Part shown: piece by piece, positions 1-9,854 of the stretch
How the letters are laid out: each line of letters opens with the position of its first letter
Numbering within the stretch: the stretch's first letter is position 1
Source of the DNA: Wallemia ichthyophaga EXF-994
Lineage: Eukaryota > Fungi > Basidiomycota
Assembly: GCF_000400465.1 (NCBI RefSeq)
Contig: NW_008806292.1
Location: forward strand, 120,001-152,000
Reading direction: 5' to 3'
Length of the DNA stretch: 32,000 nucleotides
Notes under the pieces: model-generated
Databases searched by the model: none
What the model was told of the DNA's origin: nothing
The model's input: only the letters and a program-made list of their open reading frames with translations
Made by a program: the position numbers and the translations under genes

Positions 1-1334
1 GCTCTAGTGAGTCTGTTTCCAATACGCATTCTAAACAAATCCTCCGGAAGTAAGTCGATCTGGCCTGCCTGAATCATTGGGTGGTTCGAATCAATGAACG
101 GACCAAGCTAATGCTATAATCAGACGAGTAAAGTATTGCGAAGGTCTTTTACGTACCAAAACGAGAACATCCGGTTGTCTCTTTTCAACTTGACTCATCA
201 GAGCGTCAAATGGCTCGTAATTGAGGTTGTTGTCTATTGTGAAAGGACCTGTAGCAACCATTACTGACATTGGAGAAGAGCCCAAAGAGTCCGTGGAGTG
301 CTGCATTTCTAATAGCTCAGTTGAATGAGTCTTTACAGCACTCAATGGCGGCATCTACGCTGTATGTTAGCAAAACAAAGAGTATTTCATTAGACATACG
401 GTGAATATTTCTTCGACACCAAAGTATCCTGCGCCTCTATTAGAGCCCAAAACACCGATTATGCGACCAGGGAACAAGCGAATGCCCTTACTGCCTTTAG
501 GTACACCTCTTACTTTGCACTCGTTTGAGAAGCGTAAAGGTATTCTAGCGCCGCTGCCTAAGGTCTTTGAAGTTTCGAGAATGACACTATCGTCGCTGAG
601 CTTTGTTATGTCACTTTCTTTGCAAATTCTTCCGATACAGATTCTTTGTGACTTGAGGTGGGGTTAGTTAGGGAGATTCTGAGGATGAAACATACCATAT
701 TAACTATACTTGGGTCACCAATTTCGAAATTAGGTTCACCTTTGAAGAGGTCTTTCACTCTGTTCGCGAAATAATCGATACGCTCATCAAGTACGGCTGA
801 GCGCTCAGAGAGCTTCTCGAACATGTATCTATACTTGAATTTGTTTAAGGAGACAGCAGACATGAGGTTGACGCGTGGTTCTAAGCCGGAGTACTTTGGA
901 GCGAGATTGAGGTGACCATTGAAGGTATTGACGATAAGGTCTGGGTTCTTGCGTAGTGCAAAGTGGTTATGTGTGGGCTTTGGAGTGCTATCGTTGGAGT
1001 GATTAGAAGGGGTGAGTGGGGATTGATTGGACTGAGTGGATTTCAGCGGCGTTGATTGCTGATTGACCCTCTTTTTCAAATTGAGTGAATGATTCTTCAC
1101 CGGAGTACTCTGTGCAGCCTCAGATCTCAATTGAAGCTTAAAATTGCGTAAATTTGAAACATTAAGATTCTTGTCGATGCTGTTATTTAATATAAATGAT
1201 TCCCACTTAAAGTAAAGTTCTTCTGGCGGTAGATTGTGTATTTTGCAGGTGGAAAGTAATTCAAGGCTTAAGTTTTCATCTGAGGTATTGAATAGCTTGG
1301 ATATGCTGTGGCTGTGGCTATTGGTGGATGTCAT
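1..1334 (-). CDS. POL12: DNA polymerase alpha-primase subunit B (3' end outside window; 3 introns seen)
   Basis: N-terminal 'ELYFKWESF', 'YRYMFEKLSERSAVLDERID', then after splicing 'VATGPFT..NLNYEPF..L', 'PDVLVL|LGPFIDSNHP'. Donors GTATGT, GTATGT, GTAAGA. Confidence 0.93.
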
Positions 1335-1366
1335 TGTTGACTTCTCGATGAATGTCGTCTAAGAAG

Positions 1367-1383
1367 ACGCGTATGAAACGCGT
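1367..1383. promoter_or_regulatory. Two MluI cell-cycle boxes (ACGCGT at 1367-1372 and 1378-1383) upstream of POL12
   Basis: Exact ACGCGT pair starting 33 and 44 bp upstream of the POL12 ATG (1334). MCB/MBF control of replication genes is established in yeasts; function here is inferred. Confidence 0.65.
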
Positions 1384-1479
1384 AAATCAAGATACAAATA
1401 TAATTTATTCTTCATTTCGTACAACATATTCAAATTCTATCTCCATTTCATTCAAACTTCTCCAGATCCTCTCCTTTCC

Positions 1480-1905
1480 CTAGGCAGCTGTCCTTGATTT
1501 GGTGAAGAAGACAAATTATTCGAATTTGAAGCGGGGGAAGAGTGAGGAATGCTATTTTAGTTTATATGAATCATTTTGAATATAACTAGACACAAACTCA
1601 CGTTTCTGGTTTGGGTATAGCCGTACCAACTGGCTGTGATGATGTCTTTACGCCTGCTTGCTCCATTGCATAATCACCACTATCAAAGTATTGTCTGCCT
1701 TTGTTTGCGCCTGTGTATTTTTAAATTGTGTGCACACTCCTCGTTATCAGTTAACCAACCTAGCAATGCACCCGGTGCGCCCTTCTTCGGCTTCAATTGT
1801 CCAAACTTTGATTTCAATTGATCTTCTTGGGCTTTGATGTCACTCATTCTGTGATTCTGTTGATTCCGTCGTTTCTGTTGATTGTTCGTGGTCATCATAC
1901 GTCAT
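1480..1905 (-). CDS. Endosulfine/ARPP19 (Igo1-like) cAMP-regulated phosphoprotein, about 89 aa, spliced
   Basis: Spliced translation MTMSDIKAQEDQLKSKFGQLKPKKGAPGALLG|ANKGRQYFDSGDYAMEQAG..VGTAIPKPET|IPHSSPAS..KSRTAA* contains the FDSGDY Greatwall/Rim15 phosphosite motif. The exact start (1905 via a 5-nt first exon, or 1898/1847) is uncertain. Confidence 0.88.
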
Positions 1906-2015
1906 GCGTAATTAACTATACACGGCAATTTTGAAAATTAATTTATTAAGTAAAAACGCAATCTATTATACAAAACGCTATACAAGCAACTCTAGGCTAC
2001 ATATTCTCAGCCTAT

Positions 2016-4120
2016 TCAACTCTTACTAGTCACTCCCGCTGACGACACCTTCTTTGACGGCGTCTTGCTTACTGATTTATCTCCATACTTTAATAATTGA
2101 TATAAAGAAGATATTTGATCTGCCTGTTTTGTCATGTGAGCCTTGAGCCCTGAGCCCGCGTTATTTCCTATGACCTACCTTTGACTCAAGCACACTTATC
2201 ACTTGATGTAAATGCTGCGTCAGCACTCTCCTCTTTGGTGCATTTGATGCTGGGTCAAGCACTTTGAATTGCTCTGACATTTCTCCGTATATTCCCTTGT
2301 AGTGTGCAAAGTCATCTTCCAACTCTCGAACTACTCTTGCCAATACCGTTTGTGGCGGTACCTTGCTTTCCCAACCCGAAGAGCTCTTCCCTATACGCTC
2401 AATCAAGCCTTCGACGAAGCCATCATCGCCCACTTTCTGCTCAACCGGCGTTGGTGGTGGTGCTACGCCGGACGTCCGTCTTGCAGACTTCGATGTAGAC
2501 GCAGGTAATGACCAATACATCCCCACCTTGTCTTTTGATCCACGTTTCGATGTCTTGGGTGTGGCTGTTGTTGAGTTTTCGTCGACATACATTCCAGCCA
2601 CCTCCTTCTCCTTTTTACTCCTATCAAACTCTTCTCTTCTCCTCTCTTTACTATGCTCTGTTGTCTCTGTGGATGGATGCGAACGTGCTGCTCTGTCTCT
2701 TGTTGGCGAAAAGAAAGAGCCTGGTGCTGGATCAGAGCGGAGATGAGCGCCGAATGGCCTGAGGACGAGTTTAGGTGGTGCTTCATCTGTCCCTTTCTCG
2801 TACGAGTTGTGCAATTTGTGCAAAGCCTGACTTTCTTTCTCTTTTTCTTTCTCTTTCTCTTTTTGTCTTTCTTTCTCCTCAATTCTTTCTTTCTTTCTCT
2901 TTTTCTTTCTCTTTTTCTTTCTCTTTCTCTTTTTGTCTTTCTTTCTCCTCAAGTGCTTCTCTTTCGCGGATCGCTTCTTTCTGAAGTACCTCTCTTTCAC
3001 GCTGTGCTTCTCTCTGCTCAAAAGCCTCTCTCTCACGCAGAGCTTCTCTCTCCCTAAGTGCGTCTCTCTCCCTAAATGCTTCTATCTCTTTCCGTGACCT
3101 CTCTTCTTCCTTCTCCTTACCCTCGTTGAGCGCTCTCCACAACCCGTCGACATCCTTGTTGAGTTTGGTGACTTGTCCGTTAAGCCAACCGATTTCCCTA
3201 TCTTTATCGACGAGTTTCGCTTCGTTTGCGCTGCCGTCGCTCTTCAGTTCGTTGATTACTTGGGCCTGTGTGTTGAGATCGCTCTTGAGGTTTTCCACTA
3301 AGCTGCGCAGTGTCTTGGCCATCTCCTCCAGTGCTCTCTTCTCCTCAGCCAAAGCCGCATACCTCGCCTGCCAATGCTGTTCAATTTCGTGTGCACTCTC
3401 TTTTTTCGCGCGCGCCGCTTCTCGTCTGGCTGATATCAACTCCTCCTCCAATTCCTGTGCGCGTTGTCTCGTCTGGGCGTTCTCCGCATTGAGTGCGCCC
3501 AATTTATGTTCGAGGTTATTTATACTGCTGAGGATTACTTGCTCATCCTCTCTGCCCAATTTAGTGCGTTTTGAAGACAGCAATTTGTGTGTATCGCCTG
3601 CCTTATCCGGCGACGCAGTTGCATAAGTGAGACCTGTGATATCAGGCAAGCGAGCACCATCCATAGTCCTGCTATGGTTAGGCTCCTCATACGTGCTACC
3701 ACCGAAGCGTGATGGGTTAAATGGCGATGGATTGACTGGCTTGTTGCTTATTAGTCTGTCTAGCTCTTTACTGAGGAGTGCGCGTGAGGATGTCGTCGGT
3801 GCTGGTGTACTGCCATTCACTATCCCTTTCAGAGGCGTGTCACCTGTGGGATGTCCCTCTGAGCCTTTCGACGGCGTGTATTCGTAGTCGTTGCGACCGT
3901 ACTCGAGCGAGTAATCGTCGTATTCGTCATAATCCACGTCTTGTAATGTGAATCCTTCGAGCTGGTGGCGCAAACTCTGCTCAGCTCTCATCCTGTCTCT
4001 CTCTTCCTCTGCAAACTGGATCGTCTGCTGTCCAGGCGATGTGAGCGATGATTGTCGACTGTGCGACGTGTGCGAACGCGGTGTAGGTGATGGACTGGCT
4101 GGTGGTGATGGCTTGTACAT
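2016..4120 (-). CDS. Cep57/Ppc89-like centrosome/spindle-pole coiled-coil protein, interrupted by a +1 frameshift near 2880-2950
   Basis: ORF 4120-2879 has 'LPDITGLT' and long coiled coils. Next frame (to 2161, then a GTAGGT intron and last exon ADQISSLYQLL..KS* ending 2016) has 'PPQTVLARVVRELEDDFAHYKGIY.E..EQFK.LDPASN..KRRVL..HL..VI..LE.KADQI', resembling the Cep57 microtubule-binding domain. Confidence 0.75.
2832..2952. repeat. Exact 51-bp direct repeat (2832-2882 = 2902-2952), period 70 bp, in CT-rich low-complexity sequence encoding EK repeats
   Basis: Base-by-base identity of the two copies, with a 19-nt (TTTC)-rich spacer. Flanked by imperfect REREAL-type coding repeats to about 3100. 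Confidence 0.92.
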
Positions 4121-4442
4121 TTTTGTTGGTAGATTTTCTACCTCGTCGTGGATCCTTCACGTTTTTGATATGATGGAGACGGTCTGAAAACGACGCGATG
4201 TATTTCACCTGCCAAATTTGGATTTAGGTTGGGTACACGTGATTTATATTTGCTTGTCGTCTGTATATCCTTATACGCATGGCTATCCTTCTAGCCTTCT
4301 GCCTTGGTAAAAGTCACTCTCCCCGCTGCTGATCCGAGCTGATCCACCAATCCACCAAATACCTCAATTACTTGTAAAATTCCATTTAATTATTTATATT
4401 TACATGCAAGAAAGATTTATATCATTAACCCACTCCTTCTTC

Positions 4443-7400
4443 TCACCATGAAGCAGCAAATCTTGTGTTTCCTGGCTCAGTTGAAAATGCACCGTCCAGT
4501 ATCTTCTGTATTTCAGCCAAATGCACTGCCTTGGATCCTGTCGCTACCGAGCTAGATGGATCTCTACCCACATACTGTGGCCAGCGTTCCGAGTGATGCT
4601 TCGTTTGCTTCACCAACGTAAGCAATCTTTGTGAAACATATGACCACGCTCCATTGTTCAATGGCTCTTCCTGACACCAAGTTATTTCAGCATTAGGGTA
4701 TTTATCCAAGTGCTCTCCAATCAAGTCATATGGGAATGGTGAGATTTGCTCTACTCTTGAAATCGCTACATCATAAGCTTGTCTTTCTTCCCTCTCCTTG
4801 TAGAGTGTGTGGTACACTTGTCCTGAACACAATATATGCTTGCGTACTTTCTCAGGCTCGACCATCTTTTCATGATTTTCTGGCAGATATCTCTCAAATT
4901 GAGTCTGACCAGTCATTTCACTCAATTCTGAACGCGCCATAGGATGACGGAGAAGCGATTTGCTGAAGAAGAGAATGAGTGGTTTACGGAAGTCTCTGTG
5001 GACTTGACGTCTAAGAACGTGGAACTAATCGAGGTCAGCTTAGGCGTATGATTAACAATATTTACCCACGTAGTTCGCTGGCGTGGTTGGGTAGACAACC
5101 TGGATGTTACAGTCTTGATGCTGACGAGCCATTTCCTCCTCTGTTGGTACCTTAAATGGACTGTCATCAGCCAACTGCAAGAATCTTTCTATTCTACCAC
5201 TTGAGTGCTCTGGTCCTTGTCCATCGTAACCGTGAGGAAGCGACATAACTAAACCACTACGCTGAAGCCACTTACGCTCACCCGATGCAATGAATTGATC
5301 GATAATACACTGAGCGTTGTTAGCGAAATCACCAAACTGTGCCTCCCAAATGGTCAAGTTGTCTGGTGACACAAGTGAGTAACCAAGTTCGTAACCAAGA
5401 GCACCAAATTCAGAGAGTGATGAGTTACAGACGACAACTCCCGCCTGTCTGCTACCAAGATGGTTTAGAGGCATGTACAGTGACTCATTCTCCTGGTCAA
5501 CCAGTATAGCGTGTCTCTGTGAGAAGGTACCTCTTTCGACATCCTGTCCAGATAATCTGACGTGTATCTTCTCAAGTGCTAATGAACCAAGAGCTAATGA
5601 CTCGGCAGTTGACCAATCAATACCCTTTCCTTCCATAACCATCTTACCGCGATTGTTGATAATTCTGGCCAAGTTCTTGTGTGGTGTAAATCCATCTGGG
5701 AAAGTTGAGATAACTTTGCCAATGTTCTCTAATGTCTCTTGCTTCACGCCCGTGGCTGCTGTTGGGAGCACTCTGGCAGCGAGATCATCAGGTGAGGGGA
5801 AACCCTCCCAAGATGAACTCAACCATTCACGACCATGAGGTTTGTAATTGGTGGCGTTGTTAAATGCACCCTCGAGCTTTGACCAGACTGCCTTACGATG
5901 CTCTTCCATTTGCGTCTCGGTGAAAGCTTCTTCTTGTTGAAGTTGCTTGACGTACTTTGAGAGAGCAGTTGGTTGCTTGGCGATAGCCTCGTACATGACT
6001 GGCTGAGTGAACGAAGGTTGGTCTGATTCGTTGTGACCGTGCTTTCTGTAGCAGACCTGATTAATTACAACATCCTTCTTAAACTTGGCTCTAAAGTCTG
6101 CAGCTAATTGGAACACGAAAGTGATTGCTTCAGCGTTGTCACCGTTGCAGTGGAAAATTGGCGCATCAATAGACTTAGCGATATCTGTTGGGTAGGCAGT
6201 GGAACGAGAGTCTTGCGGATCAGTAGTGAAAGCAACTTGGTTGTTGACAACAACGTGGATGGTACCACCAGTACCATAGTTAGGCAAGTTGACCATACCA
6301 AGGGTCTCGTAAACGATACCTTGAGCGGCGAAAGCACCGTCACCGTGCAAAAGTAACCCGAGTGAAGAATCACCCTTACCTTCATCGCCTTCTATGTGTT
6401 GCAGAGCACGAGTCTTACCTAAGACAATTGGGTTCTCAGCCTCCAAGTGAGATGGATTGGCTACGAGAGACAAGTTGACTTTCTTTCCTGATGGTGTAGG
6501 ACGAGTGTAGTTGGCACCCAAGTGGTACTTGACGTCACCACCGCCAGACTGAGTGTCATCGTTTGCACCAGTGAATTCGTTAAATATGGCTTCAGAAGGC
6601 TTTCTGATGACGTTGGAGAGAACGTTAAGACGACCACGGTGAGGCATACCGATGGTGATGTGTTTCGTGCCGTGATCGACAGCTCTATCAATGAGAGCCT
6701 TCATACCTGGAATGAGAGACTCAGCACCCTCCAAACCGAAACGCTTTTCATTAGGGAATTTGGCAGCAATAAATTGTTCCCAGCTGGTCGACCACAAGAG
6801 TCTGTCGAGAATGTTGCTCTTCTCTTCAATATTGTATCTCCAAGGGTGAGGAATTTCAACTCTCTTACGCATCCAATCACATTGATCTTTGTCTGGTATG
6901 TGAATGTATTGAATACCAACTGGACCGCAGTAGATTTGCTCGCAAGTGTTGATGATTTCGCGCAAAGACATTTTGTTCCGTCCGTCGATAGCGAAACGAG
7001 GGAGAATACCAGGGCCCAAGCTAATCTGGCGATCCAAATCACGTTCAGACCAGCCGTAGTTCTCAATCTTAAGCTCAGCTGGGGCCATATTGGTTCTATC
7101 AGTTTGGGTGAGATTGAGTGGGTCTAAGCTAGCGAGGTGGTGACCACGGACTTGGTAGGCGCGGACAAGAAGTTGAGCCTGTGGTTGGGCATAAGAAAGG
7201 CTGTGCTGTGGATTCTCAACCCACCTTCAAGTGATCGCCTAAATCGGTATGCTTGGGAGAACCGGCAGATTCAGCCAGAGCACCCGCCAATTTTGGTGGA
7301 GGCACAAAAGCCTCAGAAGGGTCCACGCCATTCTCTAAAGCTTCGAAGTAGGTGGCGAATGACGGATGCACAGAATTGCCGTCTTGCCTCCACGAACCGT

Positions 7401-7560
7401 AGGCAGCTTCGAGGTAAGCGTGATCGAGCCCAGACGTGGAGAAAGCATCAAATGGAGCCGGTGGCTGCTTGAGTGGATCTTGGTAGAGCCTGATGGAAGT
7501 GGATAGCAGCCTCCTACTGCTAACTCTGCTGCTTAACAGCGATCTGCGTAACGGGAGCAT
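4443..7560 (-). CDS. KGD1: 2-oxoglutarate dehydrogenase E1 component, mitochondrial (2 introns)
   Basis: Arg/Ser-rich presequence; '[16 protein letters not shown]', '[11 protein letters not shown]', 'GDVKYHLG', '[10 protein letters not shown]', 'SQRHA', 'WEAQFGDF', '[12 protein letters not shown]', 'WCQEEP.NNGAW'. Confidence 0.98.
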
Positions 7561-7781
7561 CTTGGGAGTTTGAGATCAAGGGAAGTTTGGTATTTCTGCA
7601 GTGGCTGTTGGCGAGATGTGATTGGGTGTAAGATACATCGTACAATATTATGTAATAGAATGGCTATACGCCCCTGCACCGTGGTTCTTCTGCGCCAGCC
7701 AGAGTGCACTACAGCCATCAGAATTTGTCTAGTAAGAATGCTATTAATTACCTGTTTATAAACTACAATACTGCCTAGTAA

Positions 7782-8748
7782 TTAGAATGTGTGTGTCTTG
7801 TATGACTTGTAAATCTCCCAAGGCAGCTTCCAGTATTTCTGCTGGAGATGCACGTTGAATGGATTGAAGTCGTATTTCTCCAATCGATTGAGGTATGACT
7901 GTGGAGGCACGGCACTAAGAAACACCGGCATGAGCTGCTTCCTTATCCCGCCTTTGAGTAGACTTCGAGCAGCGATCAATTGGTCATTTGCTTCAGTTGC
8001 GAATTCGAATGTGGCATCAGAGAGTCTGTTCGCAGATTCCCCATCTATTTTATCTAGTTTGCGCAGGACTTCTTCCTCCACAACGCCATGATTAGCCGTG
8101 ATATCCGAAGGTATAACCAGTCTACCTTTGGCGGCATGATAAGGGAGTGCCCTGAGCAGCGTAGAGAGCCCTATACTCTTGCCAATGTGGCTCAATGCTA
8201 TTTGATAGTTTTCTTTCTCGAGCTCGTCGATTTCCGTCAGCTGAGGCAGAAGCAGTTCCAGCTGGAGATGCAAAAGAGAAGATTGCGTCAACTCCAATAC
8301 TGTCCCGAGGCCTTGAAGGTCCCTTGGAGTTTCAATACTTAACTCACGCTCCCTTCCCTCGATAACGTTGATGAAGGACTGCCTGGGGAGTTCGTACCTC
8401 TGCACAGACTCGAAGAGAGCTGTGGCTGTTGGCTCCTTTGTCATCTTGCCTTTGTAGATGTTGTTAATAGCGTCTTTCCAGAATTGCATTCTCATAGCAG
8501 CAATCATGTCTTTACTTGTGCTGTCTCTGGGGGCGTATGGTTATTTGTGGACTTAAATTACGTATTGAAACCCACTTGATCGTCGCCAGCTCAATATTCC
8601 AGGCTTTTAAAGCAAAGTAATCATCTTGTGCGTATCTGGGGTAGAAATAGCCACAGAGATGGGCGGAGTAGTCAAATCTCCTCACATTATTCTTACAATA
8701 GCTTGCTGCCTTTGAAATTTCGTTGAGCCTGAGCAGAGAAGGCCTCAT
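7782..8748 (-). CDS. NDUFAF6: NADH dehydrogenase complex I assembly factor 6 (squalene/phytoene synthase-like fold), 1 intron
   Basis: 'YCKNNVRRFDY', 'YFALKAWNIELATIK|DSTSK..IAAMRMQFWKDAI', 'IGKSIGLSTLLRALPYHA', 'YL.RLEKYDFNPF'. Confidence 0.85.
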
Positions 8749-8881
8749 TTGGTGATAGCGTTGTGTTGGAAGCGTTGGAATGACTTGTATAATAATTGAT
8801 AAGTCCCAGAAGTCTGATAAAACGCCAAATTAGGCGCTCTTTTAGGATTACATATTGAATGGCCCTTTCAACCGTGCCACC

Positions 8882-9733
8882 ATGTTTCCCACTAGAGCCA
8901 ATCTACTCAGAGCGAGCAGCAGAGTTGACATCAACGTATTAGTACCAATAAAGCGCTGCATAGACTACGCTGTGAAAGTGCGCGTTAATCCAGATGGAAA
9001 AGGTGGGTGATTCGAGTGCTGTGGTGGGCTGGCTGACATGCTCGTGGCAGGCGTGGACAACACAGTCAAGCACTCGATGAATCCTTTCGACGAGATCGCC
9101 GTAGAGGAAGCTATAAGGCTGAGGGAGAAGAATAAAGACCTCGTTGACTCCATCACCGCTATCACTGTCGGGCCACAGAAAGCACAGGATACTCTGCGTA
9201 CAGCACTCGCAATGGGCGCAGATAAGGCAATTCACGTACAAGTCGGTGACCAGCACAACGTAGAGCCATTGCAAGTCGCAAAGACTCTCAAACACTTTAT
9301 CAATAGGGACAAATTTGAATTGGTTTTGATGGGCAAGCAGGCTATAGATGGCGATGAGAACGCCACGGGTCAAATGCTCGCTGGTTTGCTCGACTGCGGT
9401 CAGGCTACATTTGCGTCATCACTGCAAATTGCAGATGGAAAGGCAACAGTCACAAGAGAAATCGACGGTGGATTGGAAACAGTCCAGGGTAACCTCCCAA
9501 TGATAGTTACTACAGATCTCAGATTGAATGAGCCACGCTACGCCTCACTGCCAAATATCATGAAGGCTAAGAAGAAGCCAATTGAGAGCGTCAAAGAGAC
9601 AGAGCTTCCATTCGATTTGAAGAACAGACTCGAGACTGTCAAGGTGGCTGAGCCTGCCCAGCGCACCGGTGGTCAGAAGGTCGACAGCGTGGACGACGTT
9701 GTGCAGAAGATGAAAGAGAAAGGACTGATTTGA
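8882..9733 (+). CDS. CIR1: Electron transfer flavoprotein beta subunit (intron 9003-9050)
   Basis: 'NVLVPIKRCIDYAVKVRV', 'SMNPFDEIAVEEA', 'LMGKQAIDGD', 'VTREIDGGLET', 'DLRLNEPRYASLPNIMKAKKK'. Confidence 0.95.
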
Positions 9734-9854
9734 GTATCATGTAATATAACCAGCTAGATTTACATTTTTAGTTTTAATATTCCTACTTATCTTTAATTCC
9801 GCTGTGTTTTGATGACTTCCTTTTCCACCACTTAGACGCGTAGAACGACGTGTT

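Noticed and set aside
2653-3057. + strand ORFs rich in Phe/Leu/Ser that resemble membrane proteins
   Set aside because: They are translations of the CT-rich complement of the EK-repeat coding region, not real hydrophobic proteins.
2832-3100. Repeat-spacer-repeat pattern superficially like a CRISPR array
   Set aside because: Only two low-complexity copies inside a eukaryotic coding region, with no unique spacers and no cas genes.
6522-7127. 201-aa antisense ORF over KGD1, and similar antisense ORFs (3126-3626, 5473-5838, 8939-9373, 18667-18984, 28862-29197)
   Set aside because: Shadow ORFs opposite well-conserved genes, explained by codon bias; no independent motifs.
7533-7718. Upstream ORFs before KGD1 (ATG 7718 overlapping the start out of frame; ATG 7638 to TGA 7576)
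   Set aside because: They lie in the short NDUFAF6-KGD1 spacer, likely upstream of or around the transcription start. There is no evidence they are in the mRNA and no recognisable peptide.
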